UHGV virus genome: UHGV-1373641
Direction: 5' to 3' (one strand)
From: a virus
DNA length: 64,000 bases
The translations under genes and the position numbers were made by a program. The notes beneath the pieces were generated by a model. That model was given only the letters and a program-made list of their open reading frames with translations, was not told where the DNA came from and did not search any database. Position 1 is the first letter of the stretch. Every line of letters begins with the position of its first letter. Positions 28,101 through 37,391 of the stretch are shown piece by piece.

Positions 28101-30411
28101 CGCTTAGGGGACGAAGAAGTTGTGATGCTAAATGATATCTTCCTTGCTTCCAGTTATTTGTCCACGTAGTAATGCCGGGAAAATCGATTTCTTGAATATC
28201 CGTAGCATTGTTTTTATCAAATCCGTCCGCATAGCAAAAATCCTCCGATTGCAAGAAATTATTTTCACTATTAACAAATTTGATTCTAAGAGCATGAGGG
28301 ACGTTAGGAAAAAGTTTCTCCATGCTGAATCCCCAACTATTACGCTGGTTGAATTGCTGCACAGGAGTTTTATTCTTATCGTCAATCACCACACCATATT
28401 TTCCATCTATTTCTGTGGTTACGGAAGCACGCGCTGCCGCAGCGATCTGAGTAAGACGTGACCACAGATTCTCTTCTGTATCACAAACAAAATCGAAAGT
28501 CCACCCCATTCGGGTACAATACTTATGAAACTCACGTAGCGTTGGTTCGTCAAGCTTGTCTTCCGTATAAGGAGAATTTAAAGCATGACGGGATGTCAAT
28601 ACATACCTATAAGCAGATGCAGGATTTCTCGTCTCCCTCCATTCCCACGTATTATTGCTAGTATTAAAGTCTGGAATCAGTGCCGTGCAAATAGCATTAA
28701 AGTTATCGACGTATCCAGAAAGCTGTTCCGATGCCTGAATACGCAATTCAGAAACACATACGGGAACAGGAGTTGAAAAAGATTGACGATTTACAATAGC
28801 CCTTTTCGTCGCCCACGTAGCTTCATCATAGATATACTTATTTGAATTATCATCAGTAAGTCTTCGAATACGAACATCATAATCTCCGTGAGGAACATTC
28901 ACAGTATAGGTACGGGTCAAGGGCTTTAATTGCTGTCCAGTGATGGCAAATTTGTTAATGCCATTCACATATTGGTCAGGAATGACAATTTCATAAGTCG
29001 AATAATCATAAACTTCGACGCAAGTATAACTCCAATAAGGACTACCTAATCCATATCCGCATTTTTTCGTATAATGTTTTACTTCATTAATATACGGAGC
29101 GGCACCGGACACAGAACTTACCCGCAAGTCTTCGCAAGTATATGAATATGTATATGTTACCCGCTGTCTTCCATCATCATCAAATTCATAATGAGGAGTT
29201 GATACAAGAATAACTTTTGCTAATGGAACGGTATTAACTGGAGCTGTTTCTCCATCAGCCATATTGATATTACCAGAAAAATCACTATAGACAATAGAGT
29301 TTCTTCCGGCGTTTAAATAAAAGCCAGTTTTTCTTTTAAGCTCGATAGATGTCCCACGAATAGGGAATGACCCTCCGACAAGTCCTTTCCATACCGTATC
29401 ATTCTTTAATTTATATTCAGCTTCAAACTCAACGGTACGATCATAGTTATCTCCATTTTTCTCATTGATGGAAGTCAGCCCTTTGGAGAATGTGATGTCT
29501 AAGCTGATTGTATCGCATTCTCCCATTGTCCGAGTAATATATCCAGCTTCTTTCGAGATTAAAGTCCCCACGGTTTCTTCATTAAAGGATTTGCCAAAAT
29601 AGACAAGCCCTTCACCAGTGGTAGAAGGATGGAATCTGTGGTCAATATTTTTAAAGTTTTCTAAAGGCGTATCCCCAATTTTAAAATCTCTTACGGACAT
29701 ATCTGGGTGCCCCCAGATAACGCACATATTGAAATAGGTTTTATCCGATTCAATATTCGTCCAAGATTTCGCTGCCAAAGGAGGAGTGACCTTATTCCTT
29801 CCGAAGATAAGAGGAACAAAACCATATGGGTTCGCTCCGTTTCTTGCCCCGGAAATAGAATAGGTAGGAGATTCTTTTTCGGAAGATTTAGGTCCGCTAA
29901 GTTTAGGCGTTGCAGGAGGGCAAAGCATATTGACAGCGAGTGAGCCAACCGTTAAGATACCAAAACTTACTGCGGCACCAGTCCAAGTCAAGGCTCCCGC
30001 CGCTGTCATCAACCCCCATGAAGCCGGAGCAAGTACGGGCACTGCGATAGCAGCGACAGCTACAACAATGTTAAGGATTGTAGCAAAAGGATTTTTACCG
30101 CCACCTTTACCGGGCTTAATGAAAAATTCGACACGCTGACCATCCGCAGGATAAGTAACAGCCCATTTTTCTTTAGGGATATTGATAAAATCCACACGGC
30201 AAACACAATGCTTCTTTAGATATTCGGCATATGCGGGAGTAATAGCTTGGTTAGCCCGAAGAATTTTTACGGAGTCTGTGATGATGTTTTCAAGGGATTG
30301 TCCTTCTTGGACTGTGAGCGAGACACGAGACGAACTTGCCCAATGCCGACCAAGAACTGTGATTTCCCCTCTTTTACGAGAGGCTCGCTTTTTCATTGCT
30401 TTACCGCGCAT
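25168..30411 (-). CDS. Lambda gpI-like N-terminal region fused to a gpJ-like central tail fiber / host-specificity protein with multiple FN3-like repeats
   Basis: It follows the M-L-K-like genes. A hydrophobic stretch lies at aa ~100-160. There are many ~90-aa repeats with W..P...I.YEI-type FN3 signatures. 1747 aa. Confidence 0.6.
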   Translation of the reverse strand: MRGKAMKKRASRKRGEITVLGRHWASSSRVSLTVQEGQSLENIITDSVKILRANQAITPAYAEYLKKHCVCRVDFINIPKEKWAVTYPADGQRVEFFIKPGKGGGKNPFATILNIVVAVAAIAVPVLAPASWGLMTAAGALTWTGAAVSFGILTVGSLAVNMLCPPATPKLSGPKSSEKESPTYSISGARNGANPYGFVPLIFGRNKVTPPLAAKSWTNIESDKTYFNMCVIWGHPDMSVRDFKIGDTPLENFKNIDHRFHPSTTGEGLVYFGKSFNEETVGTLISKEAGYITRTMGECDTISLDITFSKGLTSINEKNGDNYDRTVEFEAEYKLKNDTVWKGLVGGSFPIRGTSIELKRKTGFYLNAGRNSIVYSDFSGNINMADGETAPVNTVPLAKVILVSTPHYEFDDDGRQRVTYTYSYTCEDLRVSSVSGAAPYINEVKHYTKKCGYGLGSPYWSYTCVEVYDYSTYEIVIPDQYVNGINKFAITGQQLKPLTRTYTVNVPHGDYDVRIRRLTDDNSNKYIYDEATWATKRAIVNRQSFSTPVPVCVSELRIQASEQLSGYVDNFNAICTALIPDFNTSNNTWEWRETRNPASAYRYVLTSRHALNSPYTEDKLDEPTLREFHKYCTRMGWTFDFVCDTEENLWSRLTQIAAAARASVTTEIDGKYGVVIDDKNKTPVQQFNQRNSWGFSMEKLFPNVPHALRIKFVNSENNFLQSEDFCYADGFDKNNATDIQEIDFPGITTWTNNWKQGRYHLASQLLRPLSVTINADWEHRMCHRGDVIEIFHDVLMNTFGAARVVGLIYQDTEGTEYIIYENSERPIDTPAVGVVLDDSIVFSERDVIYGIAIRNPYGKTVTYQIQPQFGEEHSHIYFTFAITYATTPYIGDLASVSLMGEANDKYLVTQIAPAENSSAEIKAIPYSPEVLDADKGEIPPWNPPIIIDKLPTYTIPNPTITQIISDESMLVKIGQNIIPQVGIWFKVGDGTSLDCVVYARAKKTQEAAWGNTVRTSVSEGYVVISNMESGELYDLSIQVTDPVRGISSDWITQTGYFVIGKTAPPPDVDGVTAELLPPSGVKISWNPVATLDIDYYAVQGDITGKTIDTSIILPVPNKFGTLNMTVSAVDTLGNFSLNPAPVSVTIQKPKNPVIKTEVTIDGLKLSWTDCTTSWPIKNYEVHDEYMSRTEFSNVTSIYVSPRPVGRYKFTVKAIDIFGNESNAVPTFIEVDLLGRVQPTARIDGADILLEWPITPSAFPIDEFEIVEGDFTPVGRAKVNYFRVPAGAVGFHEWKIRARDIVGNYGDWGEVSIEIKAAAAPTVKATIQEDKILISWVAPSTINLPITEYEIENSTTGESFGRINATQIVVPPEKTGNHIFRVRSWDTGGNAGAWGQTSFRVEAPGRVYITPTVIDNNALLVWTEPSTVFFPIHHYEVLRGDELEYAELIFNVNALIVNIFEAVSGNYTYWVVPVDVAGNKGAASPITCVISQPPDYVLFYDWDSVFSGTRHNFILDGVGGMIGPIVNENETWAQNIARFGGTTAASTWKNKVDIAGPTWMEPAGSEGWYQEEFDYGQIMQSIRLVVTPTIQVLSGTPLYSIKIEYKIDKSDPWELATENATQVFLQRFRYIRFTLSMLPGSKGLIRVSELNLKFDVKIRNDSGVALAEANTNGPEWPENKDDTGNLVNFSMPFLDIWEVTAAPESEDAGLVALVSFQDIPSPKFFRVSLFNNKGVRTTGNVVWKAVGI

Positions 30412-30820
30412 CTACGTGCCTCAAAATTCTCGTAATTCTGTTTTTCCATTCGGACGTATCGTACCTACGAATCGTACTATGCGCCCCTTCAAGTATGTCC
30501 AAAAGCCATCCATCCTCAACCCAAAGTCCGATATGTGTTTCAAGACCTCCAGTCCTAAAAATAATAATATCAAGAGGTTTGCGAGGCTCATTCGTAACGT
30601 CTATATAGCAACCAAGATCAATGTTCTTTTTTACCGTGGAGTTTACGTCTTTTCTACGATACGCATGAGAATAGGAATCCCCGAGCCACGGAAGATCAAT
30701 GCCAAGCTCCTCTTTATACACGAGAAGCACAAGGCCGTAGCAATCACAGCCTTCGGAAGTTATTCCGTGATCCACAAAAGGGATTCCTATGTATTTTGAA
30801 AACTTGTCTCTCATTTTCAT
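30401..30820 (-). CDS. gpK-like NlpC/P60 tail assembly protein
   Basis: GCDCYGLVLLVY (catalytic Cys), DIIIFRTGG..THIGLW (His). Confidence 0.7.
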   Translation of the reverse strand: MKMRDKFSKYIGIPFVDHGITSEGCDCYGLVLLVYKEELGIDLPWLGDSYSHAYRRKDVNSTVKKNIDLGCYIDVTNEPRKPLDIIIFRTGGLETHIGLWVEDGWLLDILEGAHSTIRRYDTSEWKNRITRILRHVDAR

Positions 30821-30823
30821 GTT

Positions 30824-31345
30824 TTATCCGTTATAAAAAAGACTGTAAAAATATGCTTGAACAAATCTAAGCCACGGCACGGGTTCTTGAGAAGCCGTAT
30901 TCAAGGAAATGCTGGCATCTACAGTTTGGGCGTTGATTGTTACGGAAGATAAATCAAATTCCGGATACACAGTATCAACAATATCCGGAAAAGCGGTGGT
31001 AACTATTTCAAAAGTTACTTTAGGAGTGCGTCGATCTGTTTTAACAAGATACGGTGCTATATACCGAGAAACATTGTCGATTGAAATTTTGCATTCAGGA
31101 GGTGTCTCTTGTCTGGAGTCCGGGGCAATAGCTCTCATGGGAATATAAAGAAATTCTTTGCCACGGGATATCGTTCCGTAGATAGGAAGATTAGTTTCCG
31201 TATCATTCCTGAGAAAAACCGTAGGGTCGGACGATAGATAAATAGGTTCCGTCCAGCTTGGATGCGTAATTGTCAAAAGAACTATGTCGGCGTTATCCGT
31301 TTCCTGCGCCATCATCGACGCCACCGTACTAGGCGAGAGGGGCAT
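30824..31345 (-). CDS. gpL-like minor tail protein
   Basis: Its position and size, between the M-like and K-like genes. Confidence 0.45.
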   Translation of the reverse strand: MPLSPSTVASMMAQETDNADIVLLTITHPSWTEPIYLSSDPTVFLRNDTETNLPIYGTISRGKEFLYIPMRAIAPDSRQETPPECKISIDNVSRYIAPYLVKTDRRTPKVTFEIVTTAFPDIVDTVYPEFDLSSVTINAQTVDASISLNTASQEPVPWLRFVQAYFYSLFYNG

Positions 31346-31715
31346 CGTAAAAAACCTCAAAGGTAAAATCTACTTTCCATAGGCCGGGAGCGATGAAATT
31401 TATTTCATACAATTCCGTGTCCGACTTCGGCATTATACGTACTTTTACATTTTTGTCAAGTCTAGGATGAGGAAATTCAAAGGCTTTTGCCCCACCGCCA
31501 AGAATTGTTCGGATAAAGGTTTCTAATTTTTTAGTAGCTGCCGTAGTCATTTTAAAAGATACATTCATTTTTCCGGGAGTCGCGCTTCCCCTCCGTCTAA
31601 CTTTACTCGGACCTGTATCCATAGTAGACACAAGAAGGTTGGACGGCATTGATTCGGAGTACCCTCCGTCTGCGAAGGGTACTTGAGGAAGATCTGCGGG
31701 CCAAATAATACTCAT
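31329..31715 (-). CDS. gpM-like minor tail protein
   Basis: The start MSIIWPADLP overlaps the TMP stop. Its position and size match lambda M. Confidence 0.45.
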   Translation of the reverse strand: MSIIWPADLPQVPFADGGYSESMPSNLLVSTMDTGPSKVRRRGSATPGKMNVSFKMTTAATKKLETFIRTILGGGAKAFEFPHPRLDKNVKVRIMPKSDTELYEINFIAPGLWKVDFTFEVFYDAPLA

Positions 31716-31719
31716 ATAA

Positions 31720-34700
31720 TCACCGCTTAATCGTCGGGGGAGTAGCCCCGGTTTGAGTTCTGATAGCATAATTGGCTTTGGTGCCGGGAGTAAGCATCTG
31801 CTGTGCAGCGACATCACCAATTATAACATCTATGCTTTTTGACCCATTTGCATTCTGAGTTTGTTTGGTTTGCGCCTTTTGACCAGTAGAGTTATAAACA
31901 TTTACAAACACCTCGGAAGATGAAGAAGATGTGGGTCGGCTCGACTCATTTTCTCGTTTGGAAATGACGCCGAGTTTACCTGAGCTTGTTCTCGTCAAAG
32001 GCATAATAGCTTCGGGTCCAGCTTCTCCCATCAATCCAGCACCATTGGCATACTGGCTGATTTCTTTTCCGTAAGAGAAAAGAGTCGGTGAAGTTACTAT
32101 CGAATTGCTATGACCAGAAATTCCAGTCATCACGCCACCATTGGCTTTTCTATTAATACCGCCGAACCAAGACGAGAATGAAACCGCATTATCGGCACCG
32201 CCTCCACCGCCAATACCTCCGGTGAAGAGGCCAAGCGCAGATTGGAGAATGCCGGACATAAGCTGTTGCGCAAGCAATTTTGACAGGCTTCTGATCATGT
32301 CATTGACCAAGCTATCAAATGCCTCTCCGAAGGACTTAAAGTCTCGCATACCTCCTACCACAAAATCAGATAAGGCGGCAGCCATGCTATCCGTAGTAGA
32401 GGTTACTACTTCTCCCAATCCAAGAGCATAGTTCTTGTGCTGATCATAGTAGTCTTTGATACCAAGTTTCAGATTATCTAAAACACCACCAGACGTACGG
32501 ATTCTCTGTTCCGCCATCCATTCATCAATACGGGCAACGGTATCGGCATATTCTTGTTCAGCGGCGATTCTTTCTTCTGTGGAAGAGAACGCGGAATTGG
32601 ATATAGACCTATAGAGCTTCTCAGCGGTGTCTTTCCATTGCTTAGATTGCTTTTCATAGGATTTAAGTGCGGCCTCACCCTTATCGCCAGAAACGATTTC
32701 GGAATAAGCCCTTTCAAAGTCCATCAACTTTTCACGAAGATCATCGACAGCTTTTTTTTCTTTTTCCGCTTGCTTGGCGAACAATCCTTCTTTGAGCTTG
32801 TTGCTCAGGAACTCTTGCGCCTCAGCAACGGAATGTAATCCATCAGGAAGCTCATCTTTGTAGATTTCCGCGACTTTTTTAATATCAAGTTTATGTGTAG
32901 CCAGTGAAGCGTTTAATTTTTCAATTTCGGCTTCAACAATTTTTGCGAAGTTCGTTTCGGTTCCAAACAACTTCTGTACGCGAACATCAAATCCTTCAAT
33001 ATCAAATTCAGGGATTTTCTTTGGCTTTTTATTTGCGTCTCTTTTTGCTTTGCGATTAGCCTCTTCTGCGGCAACAAGAGCTTCGGATTTTTCAGCGATT
33101 TCTTTATAGACTTTAGCTACATCTGCGGCTATTTTATTTCCTTGTGCATTAAGGAGATTCGTAAAATCACCGGATTCTATAGCTTCTAATATCTGTTTCT
33201 CCTGCCCTTTTTGAAGTTCTTTCATTGATGAAAGAGTAGTCAAAGCAGCACGAGAGGTCTTACTCCCTACTGTTGCTAATTTACCTTCAATAGCAGCGAG
33301 TTTTTGTTCCGCAGATTGGAGTGCCGCAACAGACAACGCAGAATTTAGTTTTGTTCTAAACTCGTCAATATCTTGAGATGAAAGATGGAAAGTCTCCCCA
33401 AGTTTTTCAATAATTGAATCGAGAGTAGAAGCGTCCGCTCCAGAAGATACTGCCGCCTCAGCTACAAGCCGGAAAGCGTTATCAAGTTGACCAGATTGAC
33501 TAGACATAGAATCAAAAGCTGATTCAAGCTCTCTCATCTTTTCTTCGGTCAAAGTATTGGCGTTCTGCTGTTCAGTATATGCTGCAAGGAGATTCCGAGT
33601 CTTGTTTTCCAACTGCTCTTGAGCTTCGGACATTTGGAGAAGTCCGCGAATCTGAGCCTCGAAGTCTTCCTGCCCGGCAAGCTGCTTGCCAAATTCTGTG
33701 GTCTTTGTTCCTTTACGAATAGCTTCATAGGCTTCCGCGAATTTAGCTATGCTATTCCCGCTTTTGTTCGCTTCTCCGGTGAGTGCTTCCAACGCCGCTT
33801 TAGCTGCATCTGCGGTATCTTTTGCATTGAGAATGGCACCACCGAAATTATCCCATTGCTTAATGACCTCTTCGGATGCACCAGCTTCTTTCATGCCATC
33901 TTTGATAGTACGGAACATGATCTTGAAACGATCAAGAGTGTTCTTAATCATTTCATCTCTGGCTTTCGGGTCGGTTTCTTCGTTTAATGCTTTATCAATA
34001 GCATCACGAGTCTCTTTAGCAAGCTTAACGGCTTGACTTCTTAATGTAAAGAGAGCTTCTGAATCAGTATCGGAAAGAGGCCCGAGTATGGAATCAAAAA
34101 AACTAATCACCTTAGTAGAAGAGAATACGTTAGGAAGCTCTTGAAGGGCTTGGATAAAGTCCATCTGGCGCTTTACGTATTCACCGCTAAGATATTGTTC
34201 TTGGAGTCGTTTATTGGAATTTGAAAGATTGTTCTGGCTTGCCGCAGCCTTTTCAGACTTACTGGCAATCTCGTCGAAGCTCTTGGCATATCCGGAAATA
34301 AACTTTTCGGAGTCAGACATCTGGTTGCTAAGAGCGTATGCCGCAGTACCTACAGCGACTAGCGCAGTGACGGTAAGCGCGATAGGATTGGCGTTAAAAG
34401 CAAGTGCGAATTTAGCGATTACAGCTTGTGCGGCTTTCATTATGCCGGAAGTTTCCGCTGCGGCTACTCCAGTTAAAGTGAAAGCAGTCCTGAGATTCTT
34501 GAGCGCATCTACCGCAACACCGAAAGCCGTAGTAACTTTAAGCGTTGTATATACAATCCCAATCCACTTCACGAAATTCATTATTGAATCAATGTTCTGT
34601 CCAATGAATTTCGTAATTTCCGTAAGTACGCGAATAAAAGCTGCCGCACCCTCAGAATCCATCATTGCGGATTTAAGGTCAAACCATGCGGTAGCCAATC

Positions 34701-35820
34701 TATTAAGCTCGGCTTGCAGACCGTGAGAAGCTTCTTCCGCTCCCTTAGCATACGTCTTTCCGACTTCTTCCGCAAAGGTACGAAGATGTTCAAGTCCCAC
34801 TTCGCCTTTTTGGAGCATATCGTCAAGTTGTTTTGTGGTCACTCCAATAGCTTTCGCAAAAAGATTCACTGCACCGGGCATTCTTTCAGAAAGCTGCAAT
34901 CTAAGTTCTTCCGCGCTGACCTTGCCCTTAGAAATCATCTGAGAGATAGCGAGGAACACAGAGTCCATCTGTTCGCCAGTGAGTTTAAGTGCAACACCCA
35001 TCTGGGAGAAGCTTTTAAAAATCATCTGAGCGTCGTTTTCTAAGACAGTGCCTTTCGCGGAAGCGAACAGAGCTTTTGCAGCTTGCGCAGTGTCGATAAA
35101 AGACAATCCGAGTTCATCACTTACTTTACGCACAAATCCGAGGGATTGCTCGGCTACTGCGGATTCTCCGTAAATCGACTTGAAAGAAAGCTGTAAGCTA
35201 TCAAGAGCGGTGGTAGCGTTAAATACGGACTTGGTAAGCTCGACCATTCCGTACATACCGAAAGAAACGCCTACAGCGCCCGCTGCGGCTTGAACACCAG
35301 AAGTAAGGGAATACGGCGTAAGAAGCCCGGAAACGCCTCTACCACCCTGTTTTGTGCGTTCCTGAGTGTCAGCAAATCGACGAAGAACCTCGTCCGACGC
35401 ATTGATGCTTTTCGCAAACTCAATAGCTTCGGCGGATGTAAGCCCATACTCACGCTGCATCCGTTTTAACTGAGTTACCGCCCTTTCAACACCGCGCATC
35501 TCAAGGAATTTTTGCATCATAGAAGACGCTTTCGTCGCATCTACGCCGAAAGCACCTTGCAGAGCGTTCCCAATTTTATCAGTCTCACTTTTAATTCCTG
35601 CGGCGGCGGTTTTGGCGGACGCTTGAATACTTCCGATTGACCTGATAATATTTATAGAAGCATTAGTAATATCAGCAACGGGCAGGGCTTTCTCCATGCT
35701 CCGAGAAATTTGCTGGCTTGTTTGAGTGATTACTTCTTTAAGATTGGTGAGAGTGCTTGCTGTTTTACTATCGTCAAGCTCCACCGGAATAACTAGCCGT
35801 GTGAGTCTTTTAGTCGCCAT
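31720..35820 (-). CDS. Tail tape measure protein
   Basis: 1366 aa, Ala/Gln/Lys-rich and helical, with TM-like segments and a C-terminal Gly-rich region. Confidence 0.85.
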   Translation of the reverse strand: MATKRLTRLVIPVELDDSKTASTLTNLKEVITQTSQQISRSMEKALPVADITNASINIIRSIGSIQASAKTAAAGIKSETDKIGNALQGAFGVDATKASSMMQKFLEMRGVERAVTQLKRMQREYGLTSAEAIEFAKSINASDEVLRRFADTQERTKQGGRGVSGLLTPYSLTSGVQAAAGAVGVSFGMYGMVELTKSVFNATTALDSLQLSFKSIYGESAVAEQSLGFVRKVSDELGLSFIDTAQAAKALFASAKGTVLENDAQMIFKSFSQMGVALKLTGEQMDSVFLAISQMISKGKVSAEELRLQLSERMPGAVNLFAKAIGVTTKQLDDMLQKGEVGLEHLRTFAEEVGKTYAKGAEEASHGLQAELNRLATAWFDLKSAMMDSEGAAAFIRVLTEITKFIGQNIDSIMNFVKWIGIVYTTLKVTTAFGVAVDALKNLRTAFTLTGVAAAETSGIMKAAQAVIAKFALAFNANPIALTVTALVAVGTAAYALSNQMSDSEKFISGYAKSFDEIASKSEKAAASQNNLSNSNKRLQEQYLSGEYVKRQMDFIQALQELPNVFSSTKVISFFDSILGPLSDTDSEALFTLRSQAVKLAKETRDAIDKALNEETDPKARDEMIKNTLDRFKIMFRTIKDGMKEAGASEEVIKQWDNFGGAILNAKDTADAAKAALEALTGEANKSGNSIAKFAEAYEAIRKGTKTTEFGKQLAGQEDFEAQIRGLLQMSEAQEQLENKTRNLLAAYTEQQNANTLTEEKMRELESAFDSMSSQSGQLDNAFRLVAEAAVSSGADASTLDSIIEKLGETFHLSSQDIDEFRTKLNSALSVAALQSAEQKLAAIEGKLATVGSKTSRAALTTLSSMKELQKGQEKQILEAIESGDFTNLLNAQGNKIAADVAKVYKEIAEKSEALVAAEEANRKAKRDANKKPKKIPEFDIEGFDVRVQKLFGTETNFAKIVEAEIEKLNASLATHKLDIKKVAEIYKDELPDGLHSVAEAQEFLSNKLKEGLFAKQAEKEKKAVDDLREKLMDFERAYSEIVSGDKGEAALKSYEKQSKQWKDTAEKLYRSISNSAFSSTEERIAAEQEYADTVARIDEWMAEQRIRTSGGVLDNLKLGIKDYYDQHKNYALGLGEVVTSTTDSMAAALSDFVVGGMRDFKSFGEAFDSLVNDMIRSLSKLLAQQLMSGILQSALGLFTGGIGGGGGADNAVSFSSWFGGINRKANGGVMTGISGHSNSIVTSPTLFSYGKEISQYANGAGLMGEAGPEAIMPLTRTSSGKLGVISKRENESSRPTSSSSSEVFVNVYNSTGQKAQTKQTQNANGSKSIDVIIGDVAAQQMLTPGTKANYAIRTQTGATPPTIKR

Positions 35821-36395
35821 TAAGATCCCTCTTCCGTGGACAAATATTTTTCAAGCACTTTTTCGGCTGAGTCCGCAGTTTTACGCACATATCCCGCAGG
35901 TTGAAAAGGGTTTGGCGTGGATTTACCGGGAATGCCATGCTCTTCTTTTTTTGAAAAAACGTAGACTTTTCCGTCTACTTTACTTCTTTCCGTAAATCTG
36001 ATAATTTCTTTCGTAGCTGGATCTCTGAATACTATACCGGGAGGTACGCCAAGTTTGTCTTCATATCGCATCCATTTTTTAGGACTTCTTTTTCCCTTGA
36101 CAACATGGGGCTCCGTACCGTATTCAAGAAAATGTGCATACCAAGCTCCAGCGTCAACAAGTTTAGCTTTTTTAGGTATTCTTTTTGATGGACGGACAAA
36201 TGGCGTTTCTCTAAAATTTTCATTGGGCGTTACGTACCAAGGGTTCTTGGAAAGGGGGATACTTTTAGCATTTTTTATCATCTCAAGACGGAGCGCATTA
36301 GAAAAGCCCGTAAGGACTTTCGCACCCTCCGTCTCTATTTGAAATGAAATTTCAGAGAGAAGTTTGAGCGGGAGTTGTTGTACATTAAAAGCCAT
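35820..36395 (-). CDS. HK97 gp10-like tail component protein
   Basis: The AWYAHFLEYGTEPH motif is the HK97-gp10 family hallmark (EYGT). The start MAFNVQQ is taken after SD ggaggtg. Confidence 0.45.
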   Translation of the reverse strand: MAFNVQQLPLKLLSEISFQIETEGAKVLTGFSNALRLEMIKNAKSIPLSKNPWYVTPNENFRETPFVRPSKRIPKKAKLVDAGAWYAHFLEYGTEPHVVKGKRSPKKWMRYEDKLGVPPGIVFRDPATKEIIRFTERSKVDGKVYVFSKKEEHGIPGKSTPNPFQPAGYVRKTADSAEKVLEKYLSTEEGS

Positions 36396-36438
36396 GTACA
36401 CCTCCAATCCATTACGGGCTTTTTAAGGGAGATTAAAA

Positions 36439-36699
36439 ATGAAAAAATTTTACGTTTTGCTTAGAGTCTTTGTTTCTGTTGAAATCATCGGTGCCTTGAT
36501 TTTTGCCTTTGGTATTCTTGCGGACGTAAATGGAAAACCTTATGGTACAAAGTTGGGCATAATCGGTTTGTATATGGCATTGAGTTGCCATGTGCTACTC
36601 AAGAGTGCAATTATTCCGGGCATCAATCAGATTGTTTCGATGCGTAAAGAATGGGAGGTGCGCAAACGGCTGGATAAAGAAAACGCTGCGAAGAAGTAG
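36439..36699 (+). CDS. Reverse-strand moron, a small two-TM membrane protein, inside the tail operon
   Basis: SD aagggaga precedes the ATG at 36439. TM segments VLLRVFVSVEIIGALIFAFGIL and LGIIGLYMALSCHVLL. It converges on the GT gene and shares its T-run. Confidence 0.55.
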   Translation: MKKFYVLLRVFVSVEIIGALIFAFGILADVNGKPYGTKLGIIGLYMALSCHVLLKSAIIPGINQIVSMRKEWEVRKRLDKENAAKK

Positions 36700-36708
36700 G
36701 CGACTTTT

Positions 36709-37319
36709 TTATTCAATAACTTTTCCGCCATAAAGAGCGAACATCGCCTTTTCTTGTTCTTCGGGGGTCATCTCTCTTTTTCTAGGAGATTGGCCCCCTT
36801 CTTCATTCTCTTGTTCTTCGTTTTTAATCTTATGGTAGGCAACCCATCCCATGAACTCTTCTACGTCCATGTTTTCTAAAAGCTGGTTTACCGTCATATG
36901 AAGATCACGCGCAAGAGAATACGCAAACATCCAAAGCCAGCCAGTAGTTAGTTTTTTTCTGCCTCTTCCTGAGCCTTTTCATTGATAGTATTCATCTTTG
37001 ATGCGGCTTCAACCAAGGCAGTAACAACCTGAACATCCTGACTCAAAAGCCAATTGATGTCATTTTCAGTAAGCATCTGGTTGCCGTTCTCATCGACAAG
37101 GCAAGCAATAACCATGCGGTACATCGCAAAGTTATACTCTTCGACCTTTTTATCCTCGTCTTGAACTTTCTCGGCGCGGCTATAAATTTTCATTGCTTCC
37201 CCGGCGCTCAGTCTACGCATGTAAACTTCCGCGTCCCATACGGGGATATAAAACTTGTCTTTCACAACAGTAAGACTATTACGCAGCTCCGCAAATTTTT
37301 CAATAGTAAGAATAGCCAT
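36709..37319 (-). CDS. Tail assembly chaperone G-T fusion, via a programmed -1 frameshift at A_AAA_AAC (about 36951-36958)
   Basis: The -1 frame continues from the heptamer ...gcagaaaaaaac|taa into the 36709..36930 ORF: RKKLTTGWLWMFAY... Confidence 0.65.
36948..37319 (-). CDS. Tail assembly chaperone (gpG-like)
   Basis: Between the major tail protein and the TMP. It ends at the slippery site A_AAA_AAC. Confidence 0.7.
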   Translation of the reverse strand: MAILTIEKFAELRNSLTVVKDKFYIPVWDAEVYMRRLSAGEAMKIYSRAEKVQDEDKKVEEYNFAMYRMVIACLVDENGNQMLTENDINWLLSQDVQVVTALVEAASKMNTINEKAQEEAEKN

Positions 37320-37391
37320 ATGATTCCTCTCCTGAATTTTTTTTTCGAGAGGGAGACGATTCTCCCTCTCTTTCTATTTGGTTGTTATAGA

